A stretch of DNA of 64,000 bases from the NCBI GenBank assembly GCA_043228905.1, contig JBHGNT010000005.1:17794001-17858000 (forward strand), in the 5' to 3' direction. Positions 40,609-56,700 of the stretch are shown piece by piece. Position 1 is the first letter of the stretch; each line of letters begins with the position of its first letter. The notes beneath the pieces were generated by a model. It was not told the origin of the DNA and did no database searches. It was given only the letters and a program-made list of their open reading frames with translations. The translations under genes and the position numbers were made by a program. The DNA comes from Azolla caroliniana. Its lineage: Eukaryota; Plantae; Polypodiophyta.

Positions 40609-43600
40609 ATAATGCTCCTCCTCATGGCGAGCCCACCCCACCTGGTGTAACAGTAACAGTAACCAACGCTCCTCCCACCATCTCTAACCCTGCCTGCTAT
40701 GAGGCCACCACCACTACCCTACTCACCGCTTAGCATTCAATCCTTCCATTCAATCTTCTTGGACGATTTGATGTCCTTTCTTAACAGAATCTCTCCTTTT
40801 ATGATGTTCTTTCTTAACACAATCTCTCATGTTATAATTACTCTTAAAAAAACACTAATCCAATTAATGATATAAATTAGTTAGAAAACACTAATCCAAT
40901 CATCATATAGCATACATTGTCAATCAAATCAGTTGTTTGAACATTTTCATGCCACCTCCAATACATATTATATGTTTGATACTAAATTGTCTTTCGGTTT
41001 TGTATGGCACATGTATGCCATGGCACCTCATGAATTACGACCACCAATTGTTGTCCATTGTCCAATGTTTGTGATACCACCTAAACCCAACATTTGCCTA
41101 ATGTTCAGCATGTGTCACAATGTCTATGGCGTATGTAATGTATGTATGTATGTATGTGTATATGTATGCATAGCTATGTATGTAGGTATGTATGTATGTA
41201 TAGAACAAACCATACGTATCATACGTGCATTCGCATTCGAGAATGATTCAATCAAACTTGTATGGGAAATCATATCAAAGTTGAATTGGATTGACTATGG
41301 TCTATATTATATATTGATTCACTCTCAATCCCAATAAGTGAACTCTAATCCATTGTGAACCACCAACATAAGTATGGTTGTAATATTTGCATTGACATGC
41401 ATACTTTTGGGATGCTTCTTAAGAATCAAGACATCTCTATCACCCTCACTTTAGAACTTTACAAAAAAATGAGTATAAACTATAGAGATTGAATCAAAAT
41501 ATGTCATTATAAATTATAATCAAACGTTCAAAAACTCATAAAACGTATATTCGAGAATATGAAGAAAACATGACATAGGCAATAGTAGCATAACAACTTA
41601 CCACTAGGGTGAGCTAATATGTAATAACAAAGATAGAAAGAAAGAAAAACAAGGAAAAGGAACATGACACTAACATAAATTTTGCCATGACACACTAACA
41701 AGAGGATATGATAAAGTTTGAGAATTGAACCCAAGACAAATAATATGTGCTTAGTTCTAATAATAAGGAAACAGAAAAAAAAAACTATTATAACAATAAC
41801 ATAAAATCTTGCTATGACATGGAAGCAATGAGAGAGAGAGATGAGTAATTTGGGAATCGAACCTAACACATAGACAACAATAGCATGACTCCTTACCACT
41901 AGGTTGAGCTGAATTTGTATTAATAATGAATAAATAAATAAAATAAAAAGGAGCACATATTTTTCCCTTTTCAAACGTGTTCGTTTCCAAACGTTTGAAT
42001 GCTTGAACGAACACGAATATTACGTTCTATGTATACATGTATTGATATATCCGGATTACTTGGGGTTGCCAAAAGAATGCATGGAAAGCATTCGTAAAAA
42101 ATAAAAAAAGAATTCATAAATTCACAATACAAAAGGGACTTAAGACACTAATAAATGTAAAACGTATTCGTTTTATTTTAAATAAATAAAATAAGGTTCC
42201 CCACTTTTTATCCTCCTAAATTTTATGGATATTTTAATTTACATTAAATCATATGTTTATAATAAATATAAAAATATTCATTTTTTTAAATAATAAATAA
42301 ATAAAATAAAGGTTCATAAACTCCCCCCTTTTCTTATTCGACACTATAAACGAGACTTAATACTAATCATATTGTTATAATTGTTTTTAGTGATTTTAGT
42401 TTATTCTATTATTTAAAAATGATTATTTATTTATTTATTTTATAAAACGAATGGTCTTATAATATTCTTTCGGCCACTTCATATTCTCGAATATTGCGAA
42501 TGCATGGAGAATATCACAATGTATATCAAATGGCGATGTTATTGATAGTACTTAAAAATCTTAGAACAATTATGTCGTATGTATCAACATACCTAATTTT
42601 AAAGAAATTGTCCAATGTCTAACAATCGGCAACGATTCAGTTCGACCGAACCGTTTAAATTTTTTGAAACTTGAACCAAACTGAACCGAACCATGAAACC
42701 GTTAAACATTTTTCAAACCGTTAAACCATTAAACCGTAAAAACGGTGGTTTCCTGGTTCGGTTTCGGTTTTCAACATAGGTCTAATTTTTAATTTTTAAT
42801 TTTTTCAAACCGAACCGTTGCCAATTGTTACCAATGTCCATATTTCTAACATATTAACCTCTCTATCTTGTGTCTATTATGTAATATGGGTACACGTATA
42901 TTGTACCCAATGATAACAACCCTCCAATGTCCATGTTTTTTTAGTACCTAAACCTCACAATTGCCCAACATCCATGACGTGCATAATTGTACCTTAGAGA
43001 TAATATGTATCTGATTTCCATGTTTGTATAGAGCCTAAACCCAATAATTGTCCAATCTCCATAATATAGCACATGGAGATGACAATAGCTCAATATCCAA
43101 TATGTTTCCATAATACCTAGTAAAACACAACAATTGATCATTGTTTGTATTCATATACACGGAGGACATGCCCACTATTTGTTTTCCCCAACATAACATT
43201 TGTGTCCTTATGCATGGCCACATGTCTTCCTCGTCAGATCTCCTTTTGTCCAACAAGTATGGCATGGTAAGGTTGTATAAGTAAGTTGTTGCACCCCACT
43301 TTTTTTAGAGTGAATTTGGGTTCACACATTGCATAATGTGGAATCGAAATTAATGGCCTCCCTACTTGCTCCCTATACACAAACATCATCATGTCTTCAC
43401 AATATCATTTTTTTCATAACATCATCTCTTTACCTCTCTAATTGATAATCATTACTATATTGATTAATTATAATCATGAAGATATTTTCATCTCAAGGAC
43501 CCATTTTCGATTAGTTTGCACACTTCTACAACCCTCAACACAAAGAAGGTTGAAGTATTAGTTTATGTTAATATTGTAATTCCAAGATTAATATTGTTGT

Positions 43601-46600
43601 TTTTATTTTATTTGGTAAAACCACACAATTATATTAATTGTATGTAAAATCCACTTGTTACAACTTCTTAGTCTCCTCTACCTACCTAACCTATGTAGGA
43701 AGAGGGACGTGCTATAAAGCTACTGTTAATAATTAGGTAATTAAGCAAGGGTTAATTAGTACCTAATTATGTGATTAAGTTAAGCGGAAGATTAAGTGAT
43801 ATGTGTGTATGTGTGTGAGAGGAAGAGAGAGAGAGAGAGATACACTTATGAACAACACAAGATGGGAGATGATTAACTCTATATTAAATTAGCATTATCA
43901 TCATCAAATACAAAAATACCTACAATGAGGTATATATAGATTTAATGTGCAAGGGTGCACATGTGTGAGGATAATATAGGTACAAAAGTGTAAGTCCTAT
44001 ATTAAATGTACTTAGGAGTGGAGGATCTAGAATATCGCACTTAAGTACAAGGTCCTATTTAAGGCGTTATAGTCAACACTTCTAATTAGGTTCTATCTAG
44101 GTAACTACGAAGTTACATGGTTGACTACCTAACTAAACTAAGTTGAGCTTGGTCTCTCAACAATTACTATAAAACTTGATTATGCACTTAAGGAAATAAT
44201 CCCCACATGCTCTAAGATCCAAAATTTCCACATAATAATGCCTTTCAACTTCTTCATATAGGTGTTCACCCCATGTCTACCATTAAACGTGAAAACATAA
44301 TCCAATTGTATTGTAGTCCCTAATGCTATAAAAATTGGAACAATATCTTCAACCCATCATTTGGACCATTTTGAACATACTGAGAAAAAACCCATTGTTG
44401 AGGCCTCAAATAACAATGGGTTAAAACTTGCCAAATGTCTGATAAGTACTTCCAAATGATACACATTATAAGGCATTTAATGAACTTATGAGTATTGTCC
44501 TCCAATGGAATGGTACAGAAGAAGCACGTACCTAACCCTGGTCCTCATCTCTTTAAGGTTGAACCTAATGGGAGCTCACCAATCACGACTCTCCATATGA
44601 ATACCTTTGCACAAAATGGCAACAATGTTGCAATATTTGCCACCACCTTGTATTCGACTTACATACATTCCACACCTTTTTTGTTGTAGGTGATAGCCAA
44701 GATAATGATGTCATTGCATGCTGGTACAAGATATTTTTAGTGACCTATAACAAGCGTGTGCCATCCTGTAACCACCAATCCACCAAAGGTACAACATTTG
44801 TTTTCATTGGCAAGGATCCATGCAACAATGGTGTATCTTGTCATTTCTCCCAAATAAATCCATAATTTGGGGGAATACATAACCATCGTTTAGCACCTTC
44901 AAATTCCCACAACCTTTGAGATTCATTATCAACCACATCTCCCAAATCTACAACACCTAATCGAAATAAACGATTGAATTGAGATCTCAGCTTCTCTTTT
45001 CCGTGCCAACGCAATACTCGAGAATAAACCAACAATTTGTTTTGTAATGAATTACAAAATTCTCGATCACTTGATGGTGCCCACTCAAAAAAAGATAATG
45101 CATCTTGACATGACCTTACCAATTTTTGCCCGCATACAAAATGTTGAATCTTTAGAGGAATATATCCATTGAGTAATGGCCACCATGATGTTTGAACCTT
45201 CGTTTTTTGCCATGCACCAATCCTTCATGCTCAATAAAATATTGCATCATAGATATTCATGGTTGATCTTGTTGACATATATCTTGTAATAATGGAAATC
45301 TACGAGCCATCAAATGCATTTCCAAATCCAATATTGCCGCACCACCTAACCATTTGGGAGTAGCCAAATGGTCCCACGAAATCAAGGTAACTCCCATGCT
45401 TTCTCCCTTCTGCCACAACATGAACCAAAGAGGTTGCAACAATGTTTGTAATGCTACAACAAATTCTTCACAATGTCTTGTAATTGAACTTGAAGATCCA
45501 AAAGCTCTTCATCATGTGGATTATTCATCAATAGTACATTGCATTGTGTAAGAATATGTGAAAATTTATTAATAATCTTTTAGCATTAGTCAAACCATAC
45601 ATATGGTGAATATCATTCATGTTTTTTAATGTTGTATCCCATCCATGCCATCCCTTTTAAGTAACATGTCGAAAATGTGTTGTATATAGGCATCAAATAA
45701 GGAATGAAACAATAAAGAATAATTAAACCCCAAAGGAACTCTGTCAAGCAATGTTTTATACATATCTACCACATATTTATTAAACTCAAAACATATGGCA
45801 AAATGATCCGAGGGCATAACCTCTTGCACAATTGACATATTAAATATCTTTGGCAAAAAAGACTCATCATGCATAACATACATTTTGTTGAACCTACTCC
45901 ATGTTTCCTTATATTGCATAAACTAAAATGTCAACCCAAACTTATCTTGATGCAACCATTTCCGTGCATCCAACTTTAAAATCGATGACAATGGACACCA
46001 ATCTATCCCAAAGTGCTTGCTCATAAGAATCCATCAATGAGAATCATGAAGTGGATTGGGATGCATCGATACACATTAAAATCATCCATCAACGAACCAA
46101 CATGAACCCAGTAATAACCTTGGATACATAAAAGACCACAACTCAACTCGTTGATTAGTAGTGTTGGGGGCATTAATTCCTACAACCATATGAAAACTTC
46201 ATAGTACTTGACTTCCATCACCAAAAAGTATCCATATATGATATGGATCATTACAGACTATATGTGGACAAAACAAATCATGAACAATCATGGCTACACC
46301 TAATAATGATGTGATAATTGACTTGTATAATATGCGGAATATCCACGTAAATATAATACAAATCCTGCTAAATTATGACACTTATGTTTAACTACACATA
46401 AAACGTCTTATTACTTATCAAATAAAGTTTTCCATAATATATATTTCTTATTAGGAGAAAATGCCCCTCACGCATTCCATAATACCACTTTCAAAACAAT
46501 ATTAATTTATCTAGGTTTAATTAAAATAGAATCTACAATAGATATATGATGAGAGCATTTTATAATAGATAATATTAATTTATAATTAAGTCATGCACTC

Positions 46601-46708
46601 ATAGATTAAATTAGTTTTGCACTATATGAAAACCTAGTTTTTCAACCAAATTAACACATCTAAGTTTTAATTCTTATAGTAAATATTCTTTATTGTTTAT
46701 GATGGAAT

Positions 46709-46745
<37 letters not shown>

Positions 46746-49700
46746 ATTATATATATTAAGAAAATTTGAGATCAATTAACCAATTTTTATTGCATCTTTT
46801 ATACTTCATTAATTTATATATGACTGATAGTTGTATAGGATTATCATGTTTATATGCCTTATGTTTTAGACTTGTTCTTCTACTAATATATGTGTTATTT
46901 AGAGAAACACATAAAGTCACACCATGAAATAGAAAAAAATGATGAGGATTATACCCATGACTTTTTTTGGGGTTCCTTGTCACGACCGAAGTAGAACTTG
47001 GTAGAGTGATTTCTCTCCACACTAGACTAATAGTCGGCAACTGTTTGGTTCGGTTCGATTTGAGAGTGTCAAAACCAAACCGGTTTGTAAGTGAACTGTT
47101 TAAAAATTTTGAAACTTGAACTGAACCGAACCACAAAATCGTTAAATTGAACCATTTTTTAAAATTCAAGTAGTTAAAACCACAGTTTCAGTTTTCAACT
47201 TTAGGTTTAAATTCAAATTTAAAAATTTAAAATATTTCATTGTTTGTTCAAAATTTAAAGATTTTCTTAAAATGTGTGAATAAGGCTTGAAAATGAAAAG
47301 ATTGTTTTAAAAATAAATTTAATTAAAATAAACCCGTTAAACCGTGAAAACCACGATTTCTAATTGTTGAAACCGAACTGTTAAACCGTTAAGCCGCAAT
47401 TTCGTGGTTCGGCTTGGTTCAAACCGAACTGTTGCCGACTGTTACACTAGACCACTATCAACATGAATTAGCTTCTTTCCTTGATCAACAACTTCACGAA
47501 CACAACAAACAATCAACAGAATGGGCTAGATTGATGTTCCCTCGTGCTTTGATGGCATAAAAAGAACATATATATTCAACAAAATAAATTAAGTAAACAC
47601 ATTTCATGTGTTATGTGAGTGTGAAAGTATACACATACACACATACACACATAAAACAATTATGTATACACCAAAGAGCATAAACTATTAATCAAGATGG
47701 GGGAATATTGCAATGAACCTACAAAAATAAGTAAATAAAAAATAATCAACACATTATACAAAACAAGGAACTGACTTCTATGGAACTTCTTCAAAACTAC
47801 ACATAGAATTTAGGAATGATCTAGTAATGAATGGGAGTACGAATGAGATACCTAAAGTATCCACTTGATTCAACTCACACGGATCTCCTATTCAAAAGTC
47901 AATGGTAGGCGTTATTATACATATATTCAAAAATTCAATGGTGTCCTCACATACAAGGTGTGTGATTGATCTTGTTATGTCAACAAAATTAAACCCCGGA
48001 CCTAACTAAAAAAGAATTGAGGTTTAATTGATCAGAACATCCTCATTAGAAATTTCCTTATAAATAATGATAGTTTATAACCATATATTAATTAACTTTA
48101 TGTAGGATTTATTTAAGCAGTTAATTTAGATTGTTTCCAAATGTTTAAAATCTTGAAATCTTGAATATGAATTGATTGATTTCTTTTTAACATGTCTTAA
48201 TTAATTATATTATATTTGGATGTTTTATATTAAATAAAATTATATATACCTTTGAATCCAAAAATAATAATAGGTAAAAACTGAAATATGGCAATTGGTA
48301 AGTAGTATTACGATCTAGTACATTTGGAAGGCCACGTGCTTGAAAGTATGTATTTCAAAATGTGACAAAAAGGCTTGTTCATACACTTACCAGAATTTGG
48401 ACAATGATTGTGCATAATCTAAGAGGTTGTTTGGATAACATAAACGATGACACTCAACATGTAGAGTTACACCATTTGAAGTTTTATGCCATATCAGACG
48501 AAGGTATATATTTTATAGGCAGTTTTTTAACAATGTGTAGTGGTTTTGCTCCACGCCAAATTATTTATTTAAGGAGATAGTTAGAACTTAACCTTAGTTT
48601 TTAAAAAAAGGCAATTATAACCTCAATGTGTTTCTTAATACTAATGGAGTATTTTCTTCATATATATATATATTATGGTAAGAAAATTATTTTTATTAAT
48701 TGATTAAATATATTCCATATTTTTTACTATTATGAAGATAATTTCATGACCATACTTAACTTAAGAAGAAGAAGATGATGATGATAATGATGGTTATAAT
48801 TATAATAATAACAACGAAAGAAAAAATTCAAGTTATTGAAGAAACTTAATTAACCTTTACATGATTTAATTGTTTTATTGATTTCTCATATTTTTTGTAA
48901 ACTTTATAATACACTATCATGTCTTGCTCCTTACAATTGCATTTGCTTTTTATACTAATGTGTGGTTTATTTCAAAGAGCAAATAAGACTCACCATGAAG
49001 TAGGACAAAATGATGAGGATTACAAACTTTGCGAGGGGTATTGAATCTAAGGGTGTGCACAAATTGAGATTTAACCAAAGCTTGGATTTCCGAGCATAGC
49101 CAAAGCAAAACCTAATGAACCGAGTACTCTTTACACTAGGTAATTGATGTGTCAAGCATAGTTTTGAAACATGATTGTGGTGTTTTGGTCGCTTGATGGC
49201 TATTGGCAAGAGCAGGTGGTAGGAAGGGTTGGTTGTTAAATAGTTGTGTGTCAAGGTTGTCCCATCACCAAAATTTATTGAAATAACAATATTTATAGCT
49301 TTTACTACTATGTAGATGAGACCTTGATGAGTTAGTATGTACTATGAACTATCTAATGGTATTTTGTAAATATAAAGAAATATCTATTTTGACTTGTTCT
49401 ATTCTAGAGAATCATTAGCATTCCTATCATTTGTATTGAAAAATGAACTCATTTAAGTGTCCCTTAAACTATTAATTATAAGTCAATATATATAATACAA
49501 TTAAGATTCTTGTTAATGTTCATACACTTAAAATGTTTCTATGTCATGTCCAGGGTACGTGACAAACTCATTGATTGAAGTAGCTCATCTATTAACTAAC
49601 AATTATGGAGAGGGGATTGACATTATCTTATTGCATAAATAATCCACGACAACACGAATTATTCATAAGGTTCTAACATTCCTTATTTGCTCATTTATTT

Positions 49701-52107
49701 TGGAGAAGTTGATGTATCAAATGCCCTAATTAAGTGAACTCTTGTCAAAGATGTTATTTCAAATTTCTCCACATTCAATATGAAATTCTTGAACATTGGG
49801 CTTTAATTAGTTTCATCTTTGGCATGTCCATTATGCAAGTAGACTCATATAAAAGGTAAGTATCTCGCCAAAATAGTTATGGAGTGAGGTGCAAGGATAA
49901 CCAACTTTTGCAAGGGGAAATACTCAAGATTAACAACTGCTCTTCTTGTGGAAACTCATCACTCTAACAAACAATTAATACAATTTATTTGAATACATGT
50001 AGTTGACTACTCTTTTAGGAGAGAATTTGGTCACATTAACAACGATGGCTGAACATATGCAATGTGAAGTCACATCTTTGGGGAAACTCTTTGATATAGA
50101 TGAAAACTTAGATGAGCTAGATCCATGTTTTGCATCAACTTGAACCCATGATAAGATAATGATAAAAACCAACGATATTTCCAACTTCTCCCCAATGAAC
50201 CTTGGCTCTCAAAGAGCCTTTACACTTCTTCAAACTCACTCACACCAATTAGATGTTGAAGTGACATCCTAAAATCATCACCCAATTATAAAAAAATTCA
50301 AAGAAAACCTATTCGAGGATGAACATCACTATTTATCGCATGTTCATGGTATAGGGTATTTTGCGAAAATATGATGACTTGTTAGACGAGCATGATAATG
50401 TAGTCCATACTCAAATGTCTAGCAAGAAGGGTAACCACATAAGTGCATGCATTAGTTTCACATAGAGGGTTTTTACTACAAAGTAGTTAACCCTTGGTCT
50501 TAAGCAACCACATGAAAAGTTGATTTGGTCTAATAGTCAAAATTGGCTTCTTCATCGACAATAATAATTCTATTCTATGGGGATGCCCTCATAAGCATCA
50601 ATAATTGCCCCTAATATTTTCCAAATATGTTTGTTTGGCAATGTTCACCAATCGCACAATTTACACAATCCTTCATATGCATAGAGTGTGGTTACTATAT
50701 CATTGCCATAAAAAAGAAGTAATACAATGAACATACTAATTCTAGGCACGTCAATAACATTATGGTCCACAACCACCAACAGATCAATTCATAGACCAAA
50801 GATTGTGGGGTAGAGAGAACACCCTTGCTTGACCTCCATATTGTTTGGAGAATACGTCCAAGTAACCTCAAGACTTTTTTAGTTGGCATAACACTTTCTC
50901 GTATTGTTTGTTTACATCCATTTGAAGTTTGGGACCGAGTCAAATGCTTCTTTGAAGATCATGAAGCAAAATAAAGTGTTGTGTCCACACGTGAACTTTC
51001 ATTCATCATTGTCCGTATAACGTTACAATGGTGATTTTTTGTAGTATGTTTTTAGTCTTCAATAAAACTATTGATATGCAATCCAAGGCTTTCGTTCAAG
51101 GTTTGTGAAGCCGTCCAACGAAGATTTCTTTACCTGGTTCCTAAAGCAACATAACATGCTCACCAACACGTGGTAGGAAGGTGTAAAGTACCAACTATTA
51201 GATACATGTTATTGAATACTCCATGTCTCCCTCTCTTTATGTGAAGAAGGCCTATGTTAAGTTTCCATTTCAATCCATGTCTCTTTACTTGCCACTTGCA
51301 TGTTGTTTGTCAACTCCATGTACTTATGTTCCTAGACATGTGGATGAGAATTACAAGTTGGGCATAGCATGGTTGCCCTTGAGTGCTAACATTATTTTTT
51401 TGCTATTACTTAAAAAGCTAGCAAATAGTTGGTATGGTTGTTGACTTTTTCCTTACGTTCAATTCATTACATTTGCTACAAAAAAATCTTGGACTTTTGC
51501 CTTCAATTCACGATAATCATTTACGAGCAATAATCAATCCATTTTTGGACCGCCATGATAATGATCAGACCATCTACAATGCTATCCATTTTAGTCAATA
51601 TATGGCTTGAGGTGACCTTTTCCATCTGAACACACTCATTCTCAAAGGGAGTGATTACAACCGTTTGACCTAGAACCTAGTAGCTCGCTCCCACGTTCAT
51701 CAAGTGTGGTCCCCCTGGTAGTGTGCAAGGCAACCATGAGGGCCAAGATTACCCCATGTGTCGCTAAATTGCTTGGTGTTTGAGGTACATAACTTTGTAT
51801 TGGTTGTTGCAGCTGGTAGGTGTTAGTCATATGTCTCACCCTGCCTTTCATGCCATATATATGCGCGCATGGCTTTCTTGCTATGTTAATTTCTGTGTGT
51901 AATGGTCATGGAAATCAGATGAAGTTTTAATGGGGATTGGCCCTCGATGGGCATGGCCTACAGTTTGTTCAAATGACACATGCTGGGCCAACGAGCTTGT
52001 GGTAGGGCGGGTCGGGTCGGGTCCAGGTCAGGGAAGAAAGGTCAAGGTCTGGGTCTGGGTCTGGATCTGGATCAATCTAAAAAAGGTCCAGAGAGGAAGC
52101 CTTCTTC
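40605..52107 (+). repeat. Segmental duplication block A' (copy of 10196-21714), including MITE copies 42620-42830 and 47028-47444, solo-LTR-like 43724-44162 and L1 remnant about 44209-46494
   Basis: Same ORF track at a fixed offset; differences noticed at 46883, 48531 and a 16-bp shorter (TA)n. Confidence 0.97.
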
Positions 52108-55100
52108 AATCGCATTAACGAACCGAAAGGTTGGCCCTCTATTTACATTGGTTTTTATCCTATAAAAAATATTACACCGAGTTAAGAATAGATTGAACAA
52201 TCTTAAGAAAGGCAATATAGTGAATGAGACCTATAAATAATCCTTACCATGCAAGATTCTCGATGCCATGGCAACGAGATCTCAAAGCTTGAGCTACCAA
52301 GTACCCTTGGTTCATACTATGAAAGACAACTATTCTCCACAAGGATGCAGTCGTTAGCTCAGCAAAATCCTTGACCATCTTCTCCAACTGTTTAAACCTA
52401 AACGGTTCATCGTTGTATGATGACCCAACCATTCGAAATCCGTAAGGAATATCCGCAATCATTAGCGTATATTCCTTCTTTGGCACTTTTTGGATCATGT
52501 CAACGACATCGCCGCAAACCACATTGTAGTAAAGATCTCTCGTATTATGTGGCTAAATTTTTTGAAGGAGCCATCTTCCTCCATTTCGTACGCCTTGACT
52601 AAGCGACGATCCTTTTCTTTTCTGGCTCTCTCGAGATGTGGAAGGAAGGATGTCGGGAAATCGTGTATATCCTTAACTTCTCCTTGTTTCTTGCCATGAC
52701 ACGGTTTCTAATAGAAGCAATAGGACATCAAGTTTTATTATACAAGCTCTACATATGATGAAAGCTTAATGAAAAACCACCATTAATAACCCAATTCTTG
52801 AATGCAATAAAATACTCCGATAACGCCTTATATGAAGACGTTAGAGGATAATCCTCGGTCACTTGTTCCCAAGTTATACATCCAAGTTGTTTCATCATAA
52901 CTTCTTGGATCTTCATGTACACCTTATGACTATGAAATTAGAAAACGGGATTAAAACTTTCAATTGCACCATATAGACTTCAATATCAGTATTTGAAAGA
53001 CTTATTGAACTTAGTGACAATTTCTTCAAGGCTTAAATCTTTGGCCACAACCCTTGACAAAATAGACACAAGAAGCTGCTCGTCCTTAATACCTTGCATC
53101 ACTCTCCACAGAGACAACTTCATGTCGTTAGCCGCTTCTTCAATTGTCAAGTCAATTTTCTTGGCCGCTTGTGACTTTAATTCTAGTTGAGGGTCAACAT
53201 TACATTTCTTTTGTCGTTGACCCTTGACCTCCTTATTCTCCCACATTGAGAAGATTTGATCCTGTAGGTCCCATACTTCTCCATCTCTAAAGGCCAATTG
53301 AAACCAAGACTCATATTTTCGAAGACCATCAGACTTAACATTATCATCTACCAAAATGCCGACTTCATGCAAGCATTGACGTCGTAGGCCTGGATGTAGC
53401 TTCACACCAAACTTTTGTTTCACGTCCAAATACTCGTGGTGGAAGAACCTTATACGCTCAATCGATGACATTTTTTGCCTATAGTCATTATCATTATTGT
53501 GGTCCCATGCCAATAGCTTTGCCTCTTTAGTTGTGAGACCCACGTAAATTTTGCACTCGGCATACTTGAAGAAGAAAGTCGTTGGATGTTCTCTCACAAG
53601 TTGTCGACGTGCCTCCGCTAAATGCGATCCACCAATGACAAAGTAATTATATTGATCATGCTTTCTTATATCAAAATCTTCAATGGTTTTACATTCTTCA
53701 GGATCCACCATAACAATAAAAGGCACAATAGTAGCATGAGGATTAATTTTCATTTTTTTCTTGAGATTTTGAACATGCATTCGGTGTGGCTCTCTAATCT
53801 CATGTGGTCTTCGTCATGTTTTTTCATCAATAGCGGGCGGATGGATGTGTGTTATAGGCAAATTAAACACTTTCCCTTTCCTGACCAGTTTACGCTGCAT
53901 TAACTCTCTTCGTATCTTATTCTGCTCGGATGACAACACACCCGATGCCAGCTCAGCTCCTGGCGTCCCCTTAGTGTCCTCATCTTCATTTTCACTTGAT
54001 GAGTTAGAGTCCGACATTTTGGTGGTCTTCTTTTTTGGTGGTCTTGATTGTACTTTAGATGCCCTTTTTTGGCCTTCACTAGGGAGGGCAATGGCTCCCT
54101 TAGAGTTACATGGCCTTGTATATAAGGCCTCAAGGTAACAATAAGGTTTTGTGAGCTTTCTAGATCTTTTTTGAAAGCTTCTGGCCCACAAGATTCCTTT
54201 ACTAGAAGATCTTCAGAAAGGAACACTCTATCATTACAAGTATGTTGGCCGAATCTGCATCTTCGTAGTCAAATCGTAGAATACGACCATACATAAATGG
54301 GGTTTCATTTTCAAGCTGCCCCTAGCCCTTCTTCTTTGCTGTATACAATACGACTTTTTTCTTGGAGTCGACGTATTGCATACACCATTCCTTGTCCGTT
54401 AGATCACGGCCAGGAAGGTCTTCATCACCAGTGGCTGCTAATAGTTTCTTTTTGCTAACCTCAATGGGTGGTTGAGATTTTGTCTCCTTGTTGAAGAGTA
54501 GTTTTTTTCCTCTCTTCATGTTCTCAGGAGCTATTAGGGTTTGTGTTTCAATTGGAGAACCATGTATGTGGAGTTTTATCTTCTTCACAAGTCGGTCCGA
54601 CAAGTTCTCAAACGACCTATTTAAGAAAGGACATGCAAAAACATAAGTTAGGTGGTCACGTGGATTAAGGTTGTATATTAAAATACAAATAATTAGATGA
54701 AGAAATAAATTAGGAGGCGATTGGTGGTAAACTATAAATATCAATCATGCATTGAGTGAACATGGTAGTCCTTTATTCAGAAATCCATTCTAGTAAGGGC
54801 TATTCAACTTAGAAAATATATATCTTAATAAGTATACAAGGATATATATTGTCTTGAAGGGTAGGTATGGCTTATATTGATTCCATATGCATATTCTAGA
54901 GAATTTGCATATGGTAGACTTGAATTTGGTATCGTAAAGGTAATTTGTGGGTTCTTTTCTACTATTTTAAGCTATACTAGGTCATAAAACCTCTATAATT
55001 AAGGCCCCTATTTGTTACAAAATAAGGCAAATCACCCTAAAAAAAGACTGATTTTGACAGAAAGTTTGATATCTTTTCACACAATACTAAATTGTTGCCC

Positions 55101-55920
55101 CAAAGACACAATATTCCTCTTTAAAGTTCTTGTTTTATATAGGAACTCGATACGCCATATCGTGTTCCTGTATATAGTTCGTGTCTATACATGAAATTGA
55201 TGCAGGGTATCGAGTTCGTGTATCAAACACATACTTTACACAGGAACATCGTATTGAGTTCCTATATAAAACAAGAACTTTAACTCGATACGCCGTATCG
55301 AGTCCATGTATAAAACACAAACATAATACAGGAGCTCGATACGTTGTATCGAGTTCCTCTGTAAAAGAGTTACATAACATAGGAACTTGATACGCCGTAT
55401 CGAGTTCCTGTTTAAAACGCACACTATATACAAGAAAATACAAATTGTGTACAGGAACTTGATACGGCGTATCTAGTTCCTGTATAATGTTTGTGTTTTA
55501 TATAAGAACTCGATACGGCATATCGAGTTCCTCTTTAAAACAACAACTTTAAACAGGAACTCGATACGCCGTATCGAGTTCCTGTATAAAACACAAACAT
55601 TATACAGGAACTCGATACGCCGTATCGAGTTCCTGTTTAAAACGCAAACATAATACAAGAACTCGATACGGCGTATCGAGTTCCTCTTTAAAACAAAAAC
55701 TTTAAATAGGAACTCGATACGCCGTATCGAGTTCCTATATAAAACCTAAACTTCACACAAGAACTCAATACGCCGTATCGAGTTCCTGTATAAAGTTTGT
55801 GTTTTATACAGGAACTCGATACGGTGTATCAAGTTCCTGATGCTAAAACTTTTTTACAAAAATGTCCACAGTGTCAGAGGCTTACCTGGAGTCATGGCGC
55901 TCGATTTTCTTTGAAGACAT
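52105..55920 (-). pseudogene. Second copy of the ParB-like/methyltransferase gene, truncated before the SAM-binding motif
   Basis: Matches 31472-35287; the junction at 52105 removes the FSGTG region and the left TIR. Confidence 0.85.
55141..55838. repeat. Second copy of the 29-bp palindrome array
   Basis: Matches 34508-35205 at offset 20633. Confidence 0.97.
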
Positions 55921-56700
55921 GGTTGATATTTGCCGATTTTTAGGCGGAGATCTCGCTTTCGTGCTTCGTGCTCTGTGTTTTGCGTGACTAAAATATGACG
56001 AGGTCTTCCTATTTATAGGGATTCACCACAGTGGTTAAAGTAACCACAATCACTTTAACCAGGGTTGGCAAGCTTGAGGTTAGTTAGTTAGTAACCACAG
56101 TCACTTTAACCAGAGTTACTTATGATTGCATCAATGATTACAAAGTCAAACTAACATATTGATGAATATTTTATAGTCAAAATAACTTACAATGACTTTG
56201 AAGGTCATGAAGGAAACAATGATAGAGGTTCATGAATGAACCAATGATTGATTACTGAGAGCAACATTTTTATGACTCTTAATTACTTTGTATTAAAGAT
56301 GTGGGCATGAATGAACTAATGATTGAAAAGTCTTATATTTAAAATGGTGGGCATGAATGAACCAATGACTGAGAAGTTCTATATTAAATATGGGTGCCAT
56401 TAATTAACCAATGATTTTAACTTTAATCCAACATATATATGGCTTGGTAATGATTGTAATTATATTATAGTTGATTTAACTTCATACAGACTAGTTTAAG
56501 TAATTATTAATATGTTGAATACAATTATTATATTAAAAATAATATTTTTTTACGTATGGTATTAATATAATATTAAATAATATAGACATTATATTGAGGG
56601 AACTTCTGTTTAGAGAGGAGTTTATGTTTAGAGAGGAGCTTATTAGTTTTTGACTTAGCCTAAGCACATAACTTAAAGAGCCGTGTGTGGACCTTAAGCC

